Shown piece after piece: positions 61,143-64,000 of a stretch of DNA of 64,000 nucleotides. Source of the stretch: Salpingoeca rosetta (lineage: Eukaryota; Protista; Choanoflagellata); NCBI GenBank assembly GCA_033442325.1, contig JAWQFM010000025.1:884563-948562 (forward strand). The letters are read 5' to 3'. The stretch's first letter is position 1, and the number at the start of each line of letters is the position of its first letter. Below the pieces are notes generated by a model that worked only from the letters and a program-made list of their open reading frames with translations, searched no databases and was not told the DNA's origin. The position numbers were made by a program, and so were the translations under genes.

Positions 61143-63946
61143 GTCCTCCTCATCTTCATCATCATGTCCCTGGTCACCGTCATCGGCGTTCCCACCGCCC
61201 TTATGCGCCATGTCACGCTTCTTCTGCTGCAGCCACTCAACAAGCCGCCGGCACGCATCCTCAAACCGATCACACGTGCTCAGGACATCAAACCTCTCGC
61301 CAAAGTCGGGGCGAGCCCATGCCATGGCCAGTGAGTAAAAGTCGTGGATGCTTTTGAACGGCAGCCGGTCCCTGCGCGAGCGAACAAAACAAGTCAGTAT
61401 GCCGTTCAGCAGACAACAGTGAAGCCGTCCGGCGTGTGCGTTCCAAAATTCTCCACATCAATGAGGAACGCGACTTCAGCGTTCCTCACTGCTATATTCT
61501 CCTTCCTGACATCGGCGTGGGGAAGTGAGTGGAAACACAACCGCAGGAGCTGCTCGGCCCACACACAACAGCTGCTCTGGCGTGGTGAACTTGCCGCTGC
61601 CGAGGAAGAGCATGACGATGGTGTTGCTGTTGATGACGCGAATCGGGTGACGTGGGTGCAGGATGCGCCACATAAGACGAATGCGGTCGATGTTGTGGTC
61701 GTCAGGCACACGCTTCACCACAGTGTCGTCAATAATCTTTACGTCTGCATTGATGTCTTCAAATTCGAAGAACACGCGCATGTTGGCCAAGATGACCTCA
61801 TCTCTCTGCTGGTGCTGGTGCTGTGGCTGCTGTTGCTGCTGTAGTTGCTGGTGCTGGTGCTGGTGCTGCTGGTGCTGGTGCTGCTGCTGTGGCTGCTGTG
61901 GTTCCTCGGGGCAATCGCCGCTCAAGCGAATGCGCTCAACAAGAGCAGGTGGGACATCGCACTGGGGAGATGGCAGCGGTGGCGGAGAGGTGGTGGCAGG
62001 GGCTCCAAAGCATCGAGCGTAGAGCGAGTCGTAGTAGGCCAGCAGGGGCTCAGACAAGAGCACATCCAGCACACAGGAGAACTTGGACAGCTGACACCGC
62101 AACAAAGCAGGAAGCACGAGAGCAGACGTGTGGAGATGTGCGACACATGAGCGTGTGTGAGAGCATGTGGCCGCCACAAACAAAGCAAAGGGACACCACA
62201 GCGCACGAGGAGAGCAGCATGTCAGGGGCAAGAGGAGCAAGCCATCACAACAAGAGGAAAACAACAACAACAACAATATATGCTAGCAGAGGTGCACCGT
62301 GGTGGATGTTAGGGTGATGGTGTTGATGACTGGCATCTTCTGGCCACCAGCGAACGTCTTGTGTCCAAGGACGAAACCATACACATCAACACAGTTCCCG
62401 GCGACGGTGATGCCAATGGGGTACATCAGCCCCTTGATCACAGACTCCCAGCGGGGAACGCACTTGATAGCGTGCAATGCGTATTCGCGCAATTGCTCCT
62501 TTGCTGCCGCTCGCTGTGCACGCTGCTGCTCGAACTGTAACATGCACACAAGGTGGACGCAGCAGTGAGCAAGCAGGATTTGTGTTTCCGTGTGTGTGTG
62601 TGTGTGTGTGTTTGCGTCTGCGCGTCTGTGTGCGCTTGTGTGTGTGTGTGTGTGTGTATCGTGTGGTGGCTGGTGCACAAGCAATTGGAATAAAAAAGTC
62701 AGAGGTGCACACGTCAATCATTACCTCAATGATAAGAGGCAGAAAGCTGTGGTGCAGCTCGCACACGGTCGGACGAAACGCAGCGTCAATCTTGTACTGC
62801 TCCGTATTCGAGACAGGCGCGTTGGCGATGACCATCATGCGGCTGTGCAGCTTCTTGCGATTGAAGTAATTGTGAATGCACACCACCATTTGGTATTGGA
62901 TCCACTCTTTGTATTCGTCCGTGCTGATGTCTTCAAAGCCAGAGGCTGGCCCAGCAAAAACGCAAAGCAAGAAGAACACACGAGCTTGTGAGTCATTGCA
63001 TACCAGTGGCGGCGCATGCGTGCGTGCATGCGTGTGTGCATGTATGTGCATGAAAGTGCATGTACGCGTGTGTACATGTGTGCGTACATGTGCGTGCGTA
63101 CATGTGTGCATACATGTGTACGTGTATTGCAGCCACCTTGCGACACACAACACACAACACACACACACACTATCACAAGCGCACAAAGTGGACTCACAAT
63201 CACAGATGCTCTGATACAGGAAGTAAGGCAAGTCACACGACAAAACACCACACACACACCATACACCCCACACACACCACACACCACACACACCACATGC
63301 ACACATAAACTCACTCCCGTCGCCATGTGTTGCTGTGGCCATGTCAAGCTGCTTGGCGAGTTGTGAGGTGACCGCGAAGGTGGACGGGTCGACGGAGATA
63401 AAGTAAGGGAAGGAGCTCTCCACACCCCCCTCTCTCCCCTGCTTGTTCAGCCTTTTCTTTGAAGCTGTGCTTGGTGCCACAGTCCACACAAGGTCTGCAT
63501 GGGAGTGTGTGCGTGCATGTACATGCACGTGTATGTGGTGGACCAAGATTAGTTTGGCCGAAGCCAATTCGTTGGGTGTGAGTCATGGGTAAGGCATGAG
63601 AAGCACGTCGCAAACAGCCGTCGCAGGACATCAACTCAAACATGCACTTACTCAGCCGTTTGTTGAGCGCAGATGTCTCCAGCTTGGGAGGTGTGCATTT
63701 GGACAATTGCAGCTTTACAGCTTTGCATGCTGAAGATATCTTATGTTTGTCGGTCGTGAGTGGATCGAGCGCGTCCACTACAATGTCAACGTCTGGCATT
63801 GTGTGGGCCATGTCTGCGATGTAGTCTTGCAAGTGCTCCAGCGCGTCAGAATCGAAATCACGAAGAGATGTCTCAACGTCAAGTCCTTTGCGAGCAGCAT
63901 TGTACTTCTTCCGCAAAATCATGGCGGCTCTTTGGAGCACCATGAC
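60981..63946 (-). pseudogene. Crinkler-like PD-(D/E)xK-type nuclease + protein-kinase-like gene, frameshifted in the kinase exon (pseudogene or assembly error); 5' end may lie beyond the window
   Basis: Phase-compatible exons at 63946-63652, 63494-~63315, ~62946-62724, ~62515-62298 and 62091-60981. Nuclease-like motifs KIDAAF...LPLIIE|FE...AKEQLREY...PIGIT. Kinase-like HADVRKEN (61496-61519), LID (61457-61465) and HDFYSLA (HDFYSL 61329-61346) do not share one reading frame. There is an extra G at 61558-61560. Confidence 0.6.
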
Positions 63947-64000
63947 CTGCACCGTTCAAGCCGGGAAGACGAGGCGTCAGGAGAAAAGAGAAACGATGAA

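Overview
Eukaryotic, GC-rich, intron-dense genomic DNA. Introns are filled with (TG)n/(CA)n microsatellites, proteins are rich in poly-Q and poly-D, and there are two 100-N scaffold gaps. This style suggests a choanoflagellate such as Salpingoeca (inference). Most short ORFs in the track are microsatellite or antisense artefacts. I reconstructed seven genes by hand from splice sites with matching phase. (1) A giant RNF213/mysterin-like multi-AAA+ gene on the - strand, 14662 to <1, >4,800 aa. Its 12.4 kb second exon is missing from the ORF track because it has no stop inside the window. (2) Head-to-head with it across 669 bp, an unrecognised ~4,365-aa protein (+, 15332-29234). It appears to be built from two diverged halves and has one intact P-loop AAA+ module. 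(3) An orphan gene with a probable transposon/LTR end in its first intron. (4) A polypeptide GalNAc-transferase. (5) An RGS12-like gene with architecture PDZ-PTB-pseudokinase-RGS-RBD-RBD. (6) FIGNL1. (7) A frameshifted Crinkler-like nuclease+kinase gene. The best candidate for an undescribed system is the divergent pair of giant, intron-poor AAA+ genes, possibly a cell-autonomous defence module (inference). Comparisons with human motifs are from memory and were not checked by search.
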